Shown here: positions 10,325-20,917 of the stretch, piece by piece | Layout: the number at the start of each line of letters is the position of its first letter | Position numbering within the stretch: the stretch's first letter is position 1 | From: a virus | Direction: 5' to 3' (one strand) | IMG/VR virus record: IMGVR_UViG_3300043392_000054 | Coordinates: 118,830 to 182,829 of that record | DNA length: 64,000 nucleotides | Notes under the pieces: model-generated | The model's database searches: none | Told to the model about the DNA's origin: nothing | What the model saw: the letters and a program-made list of their open reading frames with translations, nothing else | Translations under genes and position numbers: made by a program

Positions 10325-10488
10325 ATAAATTAATTATGGAATATAAAATAATTGTGGTAGTAGGTATATTTGCTATACTTGCAGTATTACATAAATTATC
10401 AAATAGAAATTATCGAAATCCGCACAATAGAAAATAATACACGATATTAATAAAGTTATATAACTTAAATTATATAACTTTTTTATTA

Positions 10489-11079
10489 ATGGAATTATTA
10501 GATTCAACTATTTTATTATTTAAGCGTAAAGCTTCTGATAAAGTATTAAAGGAATTAGACCAATATTTTAAAGATGTTTTAATTATAAGAGATGAATTGT
10601 CAGTTGAATTAACTGATAAATCTCTAGACTTAATTAACGATTTCATTCAAAAAAATGTTAAGAACGATGTGCTTAATTATTTTGTAGAATTAAACCATCC
10701 AGATAGACCTGACCTAAAGGCATATTCTGCAGTTGCACATATCGACTTAGAGCATTATAAAAAAACAAAAGAATTTAGAAGTCTTTTAAAATTATCAAAT
10801 AATTTTAAATTAGAATCCGGTAATGCAGTCCTTACTCACAGAGGAACTGTAATTTATGATGGTAATTTACTAAGATGGAAAGGAACCTTAAATAAATTTA
10901 CGGTTTTAATAGGACTTAGTGAAGAACATGAACACGTTTCATATATTAAATTTCCAATTCAAGGTGTTTCAGTTCAATTAAATAGAGGCGATATATTAAT
11001 TGCACCAGCTGGTATCACGCATCCTTTTACAGTGACAGATATAATTAATGGTAAATTCAAATTCATTGACTGTTTATGA
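10489..11079 (+). CDS. 2OG-Fe(II) oxygenase-fold protein, copy 1
   Basis: C-terminal FPIQ..LNRGDILIAPAGITHP..V..GKFKF; no clear HxD. Confidence 0.55.
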   Translation: MELLDSTILLFKRKASDKVLKELDQYFKDVLIIRDELSVELTDKSLDLINDFIQKNVKNDVLNYFVELNHPDRPDLKAYSAVAHIDLEHYKKTKEFRSLLKLSNNFKLESGNAVLTHRGTVIYDGNLLRWKGTLNKFTVLIGLSEEHEHVSYIKFPIQGVSVQLNRGDILIAPAGITHPFTVTDIINGKFKFIDCL

Positions 11080-11819
11080 TTTATTCATTTGGTTGCTCTT
11101 TTAGTACGAATTATATGGTTCCATTAGAAAATTTTTGGCTAAATATTTTAGCTAAAGAGATAGGTCATGAATATGAATCATGGGGCAATGGAGGCACAGA
11201 AATGCATGAAGCTTTCCATAGATTAACCTGGTCTATGCGAGATTTTAAAAAGGGCGATATTATCATTTATCAATTTACAGAGCATCATAGAATAGGGCTA
11301 AGACATAATAATTATTATATTTCAACGTCAAGTTTAAAGCATAAAACCGCTAAAGAGGTATTAGATGCAATTCATTTTTTAAGAGAAACTGTTAATATAA
11401 ATAAAACAGATGAAGAATATTTAACCTTATTAGAATTCTCAAATACTTGGATGGATGGTCAAATGTTTTGGAATTATTGGAGAGTTTGGAATTTATTAAA
11501 ATATCTAGAAGATAAAATAGGTATTAAATTTATCTTATTATTTTTAGACCAAACTTGGGCAAATGTAATTCCAAAAGAACATTATACAAATATTCCTATC
11601 TTTAAAATACCTAATAATATTCAAACCGATAAATGGTCTTCTTCACCAGATACTAATATAGCGTTAGACCTATTTTGCTCTGAAAATAAATGGGCTATAA
11701 AAGATGACCTTAAATATAAAAACCATCCAAATTGGCATATAGGAGATGGACATCCTGGAGACCTAGGCCATCTTGGAATCGCAAATACATTAATCAAACA
11801 TATTAATGAAAACAATTAA
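11076..11819 (+). CDS. SGNH/GDSL-hydrolase-like protein, copy 1
   Basis: FGCSFS block I; GDGHPGDLGH block V. Confidence 0.65.
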   Translation: MIYSFGCSFSTNYMVPLENFWLNILAKEIGHEYESWGNGGTEMHEAFHRLTWSMRDFKKGDIIIYQFTEHHRIGLRHNNYYISTSSLKHKTAKEVLDAIHFLRETVNINKTDEEYLTLLEFSNTWMDGQMFWNYWRVWNLLKYLEDKIGIKFILLFLDQTWANVIPKEHYTNIPIFKIPNNIQTDKWSSSPDTNIALDLFCSENKWAIKDDLKYKNHPNWHIGDGHPGDLGHLGIANTLIKHINENN

Positions 11820-12612
11820 AAACATTGTAATAATCGGTACTTCATTTACAGCTGGAGGTGGATTTGAAGAAACAAATCCTAATAGAAAAATATTAGGAAA
11901 ATATGAGTCTATTCCAGATAGAATGGAAGATTGTGCATGGCCAGCGTTTCTTAAAAAGAATTTAAATGGTATTAATGTTTATAATTTAGCAATTCCTGGC
12001 TCGGGTGTAGATTATTTAATTAGAACTGTAAATGAATGGATTGATAAAAATCCTTTGATTTATAAAGATACTTTATTTCTATTAGAAGTTTCAGGTTATG
12101 GTAGATTAGAATTATGGTCAAACGAATATCAAAGACATTTAGTTTGTAATTGGGACTATGGTGTTAGAAATGAAAAATTTTATGCAACTTTACATACTGG
12201 CAATTATTGGAAAGACCCGATTGATTTAGCAGCTAAAATAGAAGAAAATAATCCATTAGTTGAAAAATGGTTAAATACATTTGCAGACCCAAGTATGCTA
12301 GTTGAACAGGTTCAAGAGCGCATGTTTAATTTTTTATGTAGATTAAATTATATGGGTTTGGAATTTAAAATATTTTCAGAAGGTTTTTGCAATCCATTTT
12401 TAGATGAAGACCCGTTAGTACAAGATAATTGTCTAAAATTAAATAGTAGTAAAGGAGAATATAGGTCTATACATCACTATTTAATAGATACAAAATTACA
12501 GATAAAGGATTTTACAAATGGTGAATGTGACGATTTCCATGGTACTTTACAAGCTAATAGAATTATAGCAGAGCAATATTACGCCCAGCTAAAAGCTATA
12601 TATAATATATGA
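11806..12612 (+). CDS. SGNH-hydrolase-like protein
   Basis: IGTSFTAGGG, NLAIPGSG, DFHGTLQANRIIAE. Confidence 0.6.
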   Translation: MKTIKNIVIIGTSFTAGGGFEETNPNRKILGKYESIPDRMEDCAWPAFLKKNLNGINVYNLAIPGSGVDYLIRTVNEWIDKNPLIYKDTLFLLEVSGYGRLELWSNEYQRHLVCNWDYGVRNEKFYATLHTGNYWKDPIDLAAKIEENNPLVEKWLNTFADPSMLVEQVQERMFNFLCRLNYMGLEFKIFSEGFCNPFLDEDPLVQDNCLKLNSSKGEYRSIHHYLIDTKLQIKDFTNGECDDFHGTLQANRIIAEQYYAQLKAIYNI

Positions 12613-14276
12613 TACAGTTAGGTATTTCAGCTTTTTATCACGATTCTTCAGCCTGCATCGTTAAAGATGGAGTAGTTCTTGCTGCAGTTGAAGAAGAGCG
12701 CTTTACTGGTATTAAGCACGATGATTCTTTTCCAACGCAATCTATTAATTGGCTTTTTGATTATTGTAAATTAACATTACAAGATATTGACCAAGTATGT
12801 TGGTATGAAAAGCCAAAAATCAAACAAAATAGAGTTTATTCAATTTTTAATAAGCACTATTTTAAAACTCTATGGAATAGAATTAAATTTCATCATAGAA
12901 ATAGAACAGAAGGCAATATACCTGTTTTATTATTAAATAAATTAGGTTATATGGGACCTATTAAATATACAACACACCATAAATCTCATGCAGCCTTTTC
13001 ATTTTATACCTCTCCATATAAAGAAGCTGTTGTAGTTTCAATTGATGGAGTTGGAGAATGGGAAACAGTTTCAGTTTATCATGGTAAAAGAAATAAGTTA
13101 ACTAGAGTTTCAAACTCAGTATTTCCTAATTCGTTAGGAATGTTATATTCTACTATTACAGCTTTTTTAGGATTTAAACCTAATGAAGGCGAATATAAAG
13201 TAATGGGTTTAGCACCTTATGGGAATCCTAATAAGTACTATGATATTTTAATGAGTGTAATTGAAATTTTACCAAAGGGTAATTTCAAAATACAACAAGA
13301 TTATTTTACTTGGGAATATTCTGATAAGATAATGTTTAATCATAATTTGTGTGAGCTTTTGCAGTTATCTCCAAGATTAAATGGTCAAGAATTAACACAA
13401 GACCATAAAGATTTAGCTGCTGCAATCCAAAGGGTATATGAAACTGTATTTATGCATATTTTAGAATGGGCTAAAAAAGAAACTGGAGCTACTAATTTAT
13501 GTTTAGGCGGAGGTTGTGCCTATAATGGAGTTGCAAATAATAAAGCTTATTCTTTATTTGATAGTATTTGGATTCCATTTTCTCCATCTGATTCAGGCTC
13601 AGCTATTGGAACTTGTTTAAATCATTGTAAAAAAATAAGCAGAGAAAATACCTCGCCATATTTAGGCCCTGAAATAGAAAATGCAGAATTAAAAAAAGCT
13701 ATTGATAAATTTAAAGACTTAATAAAGGTAGAAGAAAACATTTCTCAAAAGATAATAGAAAAAGCAGCGTATGATATTGCAAATGGATTTGTAATAGGTT
13801 GGTGTCAAGGCCAAATGGAATTTGGAGCTAGAGCTCTTGGTAATAGGTCTATTCTAGCTTCTCCTAAATTTAAATATATGAAAAATACTTTAAATAAAGT
13901 AATTAAAAAAAGAGAAGGATTTAGACCATTTGCGCCAACTTGTATAGAATCAAAGGCGAATACTTTTTTTAAAATAGAAGAGCCTATTCCATACATGAAT
14001 CAAGTGGTAGAAGTTAGACCTGAATTTAATTTACCAGCTATTACGCATATTGATGGGAGTGCAAGGGTTCAAACTATAACAAAATCACAAAATTCAAAAT
14101 ACTATAATTTATTACTAAAGGTTGAAGAATTAACAGGTTATCCTATAGTTTTAAATACATCATTTAATTTTAAAGACCAAACCATAACTATGACAGCTGA
14201 GCAAGCAATAGAAAGATTTTTAGATTGTGAAATGCATTCATTAGTTATTAATAATACTTATATAACTAAAAAATGA
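12609..14276 (+). CDS. O-carbamoyltransferase (NodU/CmcH family)
   Basis: HDSSA, EEERFT, HHKSHAA, DGVGE, EGEYKVMGLAPYG, GGCAYN, EFGARALGNRS, KREGFRPFAP, NTSFN. Confidence 0.95.
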   Translation: MIQLGISAFYHDSSACIVKDGVVLAAVEEERFTGIKHDDSFPTQSINWLFDYCKLTLQDIDQVCWYEKPKIKQNRVYSIFNKHYFKTLWNRIKFHHRNRTEGNIPVLLLNKLGYMGPIKYTTHHKSHAAFSFYTSPYKEAVVVSIDGVGEWETVSVYHGKRNKLTRVSNSVFPNSLGMLYSTITAFLGFKPNEGEYKVMGLAPYGNPNKYYDILMSVIEILPKGNFKIQQDYFTWEYSDKIMFNHNLCELLQLSPRLNGQELTQDHKDLAAAIQRVYETVFMHILEWAKKETGATNLCLGGGCAYNGVANNKAYSLFDSIWIPFSPSDSGSAIGTCLNHCKKISRENTSPYLGPEIENAELKKAIDKFKDLIKVEENISQKIIEKAAYDIANGFVIGWCQGQMEFGARALGNRSILASPKFKYMKNTLNKVIKKREGFRPFAPTCIESKANTFFKIEEPIPYMNQVVEVRPEFNLPAITHIDGSARVQTITKSQNSKYYNLLLKVEELTGYPIVLNTSFNFKDQTITMTAEQAIERFLDCEMHSLVINNTYITKK

Positions 14277-14395
14277 TAAACAAACTTATAAATTGGGTAA
14301 AAGCTAAATTAGCTGAAAGAAAAAAGAAGGCAGCTTTTAAAAAAGCTATGGACAAATATAAAAAGCAAGACCCATTTAATTATAAAAATTTCTAA
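14273..14395 (+). CDS. small basic protein (40 aa)
   Basis: MINKLINWVKAK...KQDPFNYKNF; overlaps both neighbours. Confidence 0.55.
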   Translation: MINKLINWVKAKLAERKKKAAFKKAMDKYKKQDPFNYKNF

Positions 14396-14988
14396 TGGAA
14401 CTTTTAAGTGATTCTATTCTCTTTTTTAAAAACATTGTACCCTCAAAATTACTTAATGAGTTAGATACCTATTTTGATAATTGTCAAATAGATGAACACC
14501 TATTTGAAGTAAATGGAACAGATGAAACTAATGCTAAAATCGATTTATTTTTACAAAAAGAAATAATTCCGAATATACTGCAATATTTTTTACATCTTAA
14601 ACATCCTAAACGAGATGACCTAAATGATTTTTCATGGTCTTATTATTTAGATAGGGAATTGTATAATAAAACCGGTAAAATGGAACATTTTATCGAAAGA
14701 TACATGAATATCAAGGTTAATACAACTTGTTTTAGATTAGTTCATCGAAATAATAGTACATACGATGGAAATTTTATAAAATATATGGGTAATATGAATA
14801 ATTTTACTTTCATATTAGGTTTATCAAAAGATAACGAGCATGATTCTAATCTTATATTTCCTATTCAAAGTGTAAATGTTAAATTAAATAGAGGAGACAT
14901 ATTAATAGTTCCAGCTGGTATTACACATCCCTATGGTATAAATTATATTGTTAATGGAAAATTTAAATTTGTTGAAACTATACAATGA
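14395..14988 (+). CDS. 2OG-Fe(II) oxygenase-fold protein, copy 2
   Basis: paralog of 10489-11079 (MELL.DS, LNRGDILI.PAGITHP, NGKFKF). Confidence 0.55.
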   Translation: MELLSDSILFFKNIVPSKLLNELDTYFDNCQIDEHLFEVNGTDETNAKIDLFLQKEIIPNILQYFLHLKHPKRDDLNDFSWSYYLDRELYNKTGKMEHFIERYMNIKVNTTCFRLVHRNNSTYDGNFIKYMGNMNNFTFILGLSKDNEHDSNLIFPIQSVNVKLNRGDILIVPAGITHPYGINYIVNGKFKFVETIQ

Positions 14989-15767
14989 GAGGAAAAATAT
15001 ATTCGTTTGGTTGTTCTTTTAGTACAAAGCAATTATTGCCAAAAAAATTATTTTGGTTAGACATATTAGCTAATAAGTATGGCGTAAAATACGAACAATG
15101 GGGCCATGGAGGCTCTGAATATCAAGAAGCTTTTCATAGATTAACTGGAGCCATGAAAGATTTTAAGAAAGATGACTTAATTATTTTTCAGTTTACAGAC
15201 CATAATAGAATAGGCTTTAATTATCATAATCACTATAATACAACAGCAACGTTAAATGACCACGAGACTGATAAAATGCTCAATAAATTTAAAGCTGCTA
15301 GAGAAATAATTAGGTTTAATAAATCTGATGAAGATTATTTAAATCTATTTGAATTTGCAAATACTTGGGCAGATGGTCAAATATTCTATCATTATTGGAA
15401 GGTTTGGAATCTTTTATCTTATTTAAAAGATACAATTGGTATAGATTTTATTCTTCTTTTTTTAGACCAAACATGGATTAATACTATTCATGATTCTCAT
15501 TATAAACATATACCTATTTTTAAAACTCTTGAAAGGTCTTATTATGATAAAGCTATTAATACTAATGCAGATAAAAATATTTCATTAGCACATTTTTGTA
15601 GAATGGATGGTTATGCAGTAGGTCATGAGCTTAAATGGAAAGATATACCGGGTTGGCATCCAGAGGATGGTCATCCAGGAGAATTAGGCAACCAAAAAAT
15701 GGTAGAAGTAATTATGGAGCACATCAATACTAATTGGGATGAAACAAATCCATGGGTTTTAATATAA
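14985..15767 (+). CDS. SGNH/GDSL-hydrolase-like protein, copy 2
   Basis: paralog of 11076-11819 (FGCSFS, EAFHRLT, DGHPGELG). Confidence 0.65.
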   Translation: MRGKIYSFGCSFSTKQLLPKKLFWLDILANKYGVKYEQWGHGGSEYQEAFHRLTGAMKDFKKDDLIIFQFTDHNRIGFNYHNHYNTTATLNDHETDKMLNKFKAAREIIRFNKSDEDYLNLFEFANTWADGQIFYHYWKVWNLLSYLKDTIGIDFILLFLDQTWINTIHDSHYKHIPIFKTLERSYYDKAINTNADKNISLAHFCRMDGYAVGHELKWKDIPGWHPEDGHPGELGNQKMVEVIMEHINTNWDETNPWVLI

Positions 15768-15785
15768 ATTAAAACAATATACTAA

Positions 15786-16460
15786 ATGAAACATAAAATA
15801 TTAAAGTGGTTAATTGGTGATGAATTTGAATTGGTTCCTAAAAAACAACCTATTGCATTAGGAATTAAAAGTAAAAAGGAATTAATAGAAGAATGTTTAG
15901 AAAATATTGATTTTACAGATATTCGTGAAGCAATGGTTTTATTAGAATGGACATGGATAGATTCTAGAACACCACCTTCAGTTGAAGAACTAAGAGAAGC
16001 TGCAGAAGAAAGATTATATTCTGCATGCTCAGTTGCTTTTGACCCTGAATATAATGGAGAAAAAGATGGAGATAAAATAATAGGACCATTTATGTCTTCA
16101 TGTGGGGGTTTTAGAGCTGAAGCATATTTAGATAAAACATTTAGCCATATTGAAGCTGTAAGATTAGCATTTGAATTAGCTGAATGGCAAGCAGAACAAG
16201 ATTAATATAAAATGGATTCAACACCTGAAGAAAGAAGATGTCTTAAATTAAAAGACTTGAAGCAGTGGCTTAATATGCTACCGAATGAATTTTTAGAATA
16301 TGACCTAGTTACAGCTAATAATGGTATTTTAGCAACTGGAGTGCATGTATATGAAAAAGAATTTAATATTAGAGGCTTTGATATTGATGAAGCATATAAA
16401 CAAATTCTATTTCTACATGCAATTGATGAAAGTAAAAGGTCAAATAAAATAATCACATAA
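15786..16460 (+). CDS. two hypothetical proteins (15786-16205, 16212-16460)
   Basis: ORFs after class II promoter. Confidence 0.65.
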
Positions 16461-17608
16461 TGAATATATCAACAAAGCCTACATTGGCATTCGTTACAAT
16501 GTGTAAAGACGAAGCTCATTGTATTAGAAAAACATTAGATTCAGTTGCTCCATATATTGACTATTTAGTACTATATGATACGGGTTCAACTGATAATACA
16601 ATTGAAGTAGTACAACAATTTATGGATGAAACTGGAATTCCAGGAGAAATCTTTACGGGTACATTTGATGGTTTTGGTAAAACTAAAACTTTAATGATGG
16701 AAAAAGTGTATAATAAAACTGATTATGTTTTACACTTTGATGCCGATGATGTTTTAGAAGGTGATTTTAGCTTTAATCAATCTGATACAGGTTATGATAC
16801 CTATTATATGACGATGACTAAAGGTAATTCAAATTTAACATATTTGTCTACAGTAATATACAATAATAGACTTAAGTGGAAATTTGCAGGTGTAGCACAT
16901 ACGATTATTAAATGTATCGATAAGCCAAATTATAGTATAGGAACTTTAAATAAGGGTTCTGTTTGTTGTGATTCTGTAGGAGCTCGTTCATTTGACCCTG
17001 AGAAGTATTTAAAAGATGCTAATAAACTAACAGGCCAGTTTTTTGAAACTCTTTACGATGACCCAGATGGTCTTAATGCACGTTCTGTTTTCTATGCAGC
17101 ACAAAGCTATATGGATTATGGCGACTATGAATCAGCTTTAAGATGGTACTCATTATATACTAGATTAAACAATACATGGATAGAAGAGAAATTTGAATCT
17201 ATTATGAGAATGGGTATATGTTTAATGCGTTTAGGCAAATCAAAGAATGAAATCTTATTACAATTAGATAATGCATCTTCTATTTTTCCAGACAGAGCTG
17301 AACCATATTATAGAGCAGGTGAATATCTATTAGGTATTGGTGAATACCAATTAGCTTATAATTATTTTAGTAAAGCTAAATCTTGTAAATTAAAAAATGC
17401 TAAAGACAAATATGTGTTATTTATTTTAGATGAATGTTATGAATTAGGTTGTAATGATAATTTATCAGTAGCTTGTTCTCATTTAAATAAAACTGAAGAG
17501 GGAATCAAATTAATTTTAGAAATAATTGATTTACCAAAATATGCTGAGCATAAAGAAAGATTAACTAGAAATCTAGAATACTTTTTTAGTTTACAACATG
17601 CACAATAA
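16460..17608 (+). CDS. GT2-family glycosyltransferase with C-terminal TPRs
   Basis: MCKDEA, DTGSTDNT, DADD; RSVFYAAQSY and PDRAEPYY helical repeats. Confidence 0.85.
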   Translation: MNISTKPTLAFVTMCKDEAHCIRKTLDSVAPYIDYLVLYDTGSTDNTIEVVQQFMDETGIPGEIFTGTFDGFGKTKTLMMEKVYNKTDYVLHFDADDVLEGDFSFNQSDTGYDTYYMTMTKGNSNLTYLSTVIYNNRLKWKFAGVAHTIIKCIDKPNYSIGTLNKGSVCCDSVGARSFDPEKYLKDANKLTGQFFETLYDDPDGLNARSVFYAAQSYMDYGDYESALRWYSLYTRLNNTWIEEKFESIMRMGICLMRLGKSKNEILLQLDNASSIFPDRAEPYYRAGEYLLGIGEYQLAYNYFSKAKSCKLKNAKDKYVLFILDECYELGCNDNLSVACSHLNKTEEGIKLILEIIDLPKYAEHKERLTRNLEYFFSLQHAQ

Positions 17609-18704
17609 ACAATATGATTATCTAATTATTGGTTCTGGTTTTTATGGAGCAGTTTGTGCTTATGAATTAAATCGTCTAGGTAAAAAGGTTCTTATAATTG
17701 AAAAAAGAAATCATATTGCGGGTAATGCGCATACTGAAAGGGTAGAAGATATTGATGTTCATAAATATGGTCCTCATATTTTTCATACTAATGATAAAAC
17801 AATATGGGATTGGATTCAACAATTTGGTGAATTCAATAATTTTAGAAATACTTCAATAGCTAATTATAAAGGTGAAATCTATTCTCTTCCATTTTCAATG
17901 TGGACCTTTAATAAATTATGGGGCGTTTCAAAACCAGAAGAGGCCAAAAAAATTATAGAATCACAAAGATATACTGGCAAAATTACTAATCTAGAAGAGC
18001 AAGCTTTGGCTTTAGTAGGTTCTGATGTCTATGAAAAATTAATTAAAGGTTATACTGAAAAACAATGGAAGAAAGAGGCTAAACTTTTACCAGCTTCTAT
18101 TATCAAAAGACTGCCTGTTCGTTTTACTTGGGATAATAACTATTTTAATGACAGATACCAGGGTATCCCAGTAGATGGGTATACCAAATTATTTGAAAGA
18201 ATGTTAGACGGAATTCCTGTAGAATTAAATGTAGATTATTTTAAAGACCGAGATTATTGGAATGCAAAAGCTAATAAAATTATTTATACTGGACCAATAG
18301 ATGCTTATTTTAATTATGAGCACGGAGAATTAGAATACAAAACAGTAGAATTTAAAAGCCTATTTTTAGAAAATACTGATTTTCAAGGGAATGCTATAGT
18401 AAATTATACAGAGGCAGAAATTCCATATACTAGAATCGTAGAACATAAGCACTTTAATTTTACTGGTCAAAAAAATACAATGGTTTCTTGGGAATATCCC
18501 GTTGATTATAAACGCGGAGTAGAACCGTATTACCCTGTCAATGACGAAAAGAACACAAATATTTATAAAAAATATAAGCAAGTTGCAGATACTTTTGAAA
18601 ACATTCATTTCGGTGGAAGATTAGCAGAATATAAGTACTATGACATGCATCAAGTCATTGCATCAGCTCTTTCAAACTTAAATAAAAATATTTTCTTTAA
18701 ATAA
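17598..18704 (+). CDS. glf: UDP-galactopyranose mutase
   Basis: GSGFYG, HKYGPHIFHT, YTEKQW, YQGIP, YTRIVEHKHF, EPYYP, GRLAEYKYYDM. Confidence 0.97.
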   Translation: MHNKQYDYLIIGSGFYGAVCAYELNRLGKKVLIIEKRNHIAGNAHTERVEDIDVHKYGPHIFHTNDKTIWDWIQQFGEFNNFRNTSIANYKGEIYSLPFSMWTFNKLWGVSKPEEAKKIIESQRYTGKITNLEEQALALVGSDVYEKLIKGYTEKQWKKEAKLLPASIIKRLPVRFTWDNNYFNDRYQGIPVDGYTKLFERMLDGIPVELNVDYFKDRDYWNAKANKIIYTGPIDAYFNYEHGELEYKTVEFKSLFLENTDFQGNAIVNYTEAEIPYTRIVEHKHFNFTGQKNTMVSWEYPVDYKRGVEPYYPVNDEKNTNIYKKYKQVADTFENIHFGGRLAEYKYYDMHQVIASALSNLNKNIFFK

Positions 18705-18757
18705 TTTTTATTTGTCAATTATTTTGTGTAGATTTGTATAAATCAAAAAAATAAAAT

Positions 18758-19141
18758 ATGAAAAACATTCTAAATTTATTCAATCTGAATTTATCAAAAA
18801 AATCACCCAAAATTATGGATGAAGAGCAACAATTAATTCATGATATTGTTGCTAAATTATGTGAAAGCTCAGATTCTATTATTATTGCAAATGATATAAA
18901 TGGAATTGGAACGCAATATCACATTCATAATGAGGCAAATGGTTATTTTGTAGTATTAACTGGAAATTGTATTAAGGTTACTAATAATGAATTGTATATT
19001 GTTCGTTACTTTGAATTAGATATGATTGAAAATCTAATAAAATTAGTAATTAGCAGAATCAATGACGATGTAAATCGTATTCATAATGCTGTAACAATGA
19101 GTGAATTGCAAGTTCTTCAAAGTATGAAAGATTCTTTATAG
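18758..19141 (+). CDS. hypothetical protein
   Basis: ORF after class I promoter. Confidence 0.7.
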   Translation: MKNILNLFNLNLSKKSPKIMDEEQQLIHDIVAKLCESSDSIIIANDINGIGTQYHIHNEANGYFVVLTGNCIKVTNNELYIVRYFELDMIENLIKLVISRINDDVNRIHNAVTMSELQVLQSMKDSL

Positions 19142-19173
19142 AGTGAAACAATACATCTTATTTTAATATAACT

Positions 19174-19194
19174 AAGGAGCTTCGGCTCCTTTTT
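19174..19194 (+). terminator. intrinsic terminator
   Basis: AAGGAGC-TTCG-GCTCCTT plus T tract. Confidence 0.75.
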
Positions 19195-19214
19195 AATTTA
19201 AAAAATAAATCTGT

Positions 19215-19688
19215 ATGAAAATAGTTATTGTTGGTAAAGCAGCTTCTGGTAAAGATTATTTAAGAAAAAGAATGATTCAACAAGGAGCTAAATACGGTGT
19301 TAGTTATACGTCAAGACCTCCTAGAGAAGGTGAAATTGAAGGTGTAGATTATTATTTTACGTCTAAAGAAAATTTTGAAAAGCTAATTACAGAGAATAAA
19401 TTAATCGAATATCAACAGTTTAATGGTTGGTATTATGGTATGACATACGATACATTTAATGAAAGCGATTGCATGATATTAAATGTTGATGGCTTATCAC
19501 AATTACCAGCAGAAATTAGAAAACAGTGTTTTGTTATTTATGTTGATATTGATATGTCAATTAGAAAGCAAAGATTAAGTGAAAGAAATGATAATAACGA
19601 TTCTATCACTAGAAGAATAGAAGCTGACGAGGAGCAATTTAAAGACTTTAATAATTACGATTTTCGCATTACAAATCCAGATTTCTAG
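19215..19688 (+). CDS. gmk: guanylate kinase
   Basis: GKAASGKD, TSRPPREGEIEGVDYYF, FNGWYYG. Confidence 0.9.
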   Translation: MKIVIVGKAASGKDYLRKRMIQQGAKYGVSYTSRPPREGEIEGVDYYFTSKENFEKLITENKLIEYQQFNGWYYGMTYDTFNESDCMILNVDGLSQLPAEIRKQCFVIYVDIDMSIRKQRLSERNDNNDSITRRIEADEEQFKDFNNYDFRITNPDF

Positions 19689-19719
19689 ATATATAGAATA
19701 AAATAAAAGATTCTTTATA

Positions 19720-20862
19720 ATGGCATCAGGCTTAAGTATTTCGGGCACAACATATAACGTAGGCACTACAAACGTTTCAATTATAGTACCACATGACCAA
19801 ACATCGGTTGGTTCAATGTATACTACAGCAACAAGATATAGATACCCTAGAGCAACTACAAATATTGGTGTAGGTTCTTTATACAGAGGTAAAACTTTTA
19901 ATAGATTACAATATGTTGGAGCATTAAGTACTAGATTAACGGGTACTACTACAATTTCAGTTAACTGGGGACTTATTTCTTGGACTTCTGGAAATATTAT
20001 TATTGGAGCAACTAATACAAACTTTGGAACACAGGAGCCACTTGGACCAGATGGTTATAGAGTTTATATGGATACAGCTTCAAGCACTACGGCTACTATT
20101 TCAGTTGGAACTTCTCTTTATGGAGGTGTTTTTTCTGGTTGGAGAAATCAATCTAATACATTAATTAGTACGTCAAATCCTTTTTCATGGAATGGTTTAG
20201 CTACAGCTAATTCATTATATGCATATTGGACATAGTTTTTACATTTAAATAAATTAAATATGGGTTTTATTATTAATAAAAGTTACTCGAGAGATATTAA
20301 ATCAATTGATAATTTTTATGCTAGAATTGAACAAGTAACAATTGAAAGATTACCTGGTACTGCTTATGCAATGATTCAGTATTTTAGAAGCAAAGAGGAT
20401 GCTGCTAAATATACAATGGGATATAGTCGTGAAACATGGGAAACAGAATTAGTTGATATTCCATTCGAATCTTTTCCATTAGATTTTGATGAAGAAACTT
20501 TAATTGATGGAGTTTCTTTTAAAATGCCAGAACCATATACAACTGGATTTAGAATTGGTTGCTATGGTTTCTATTTTCCTTTAGGAGATTTAGAAGAAAC
20601 TGTTGATGAAGAATATGAAATGGTAGATGGTTTTGTAGAAATGCCATATATTGATTTTGATGACGATGGTAACCCCATTGAAATGACAAAAAAGATTCCT
20701 TGTAAGGACCGAGTTTTAGTTAAGTCAACAAGGGTAGTTAAAACTAAAATCAATATAATGCAACCAGAGTTATTAGAGAATCCTTATAAATATCTATATA
20801 CGAGAATTAAACCAGAATTAGAGAAAATATTCGGTGAAGGTTCAATTATAGATGACTTATAA
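19720..20862 (+). CDS. two probable virion proteins (19720-20235, 20260-20862)
   Basis: class III promoter upstream; first ORF is S/T/G-rich. Confidence 0.6.
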
Positions 20863-20917
20863 GAAATTAAGGAAGGATATATACAATAATAAGTAAAAAA
20901 AGGTATTTTAGTATAAT

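Noticed and set aside
10452-10481. Palindrome AAGTTATATAACTT and 12-bp hairpin
   Set aside because: Single AT-only instance; most simply a terminator or chance
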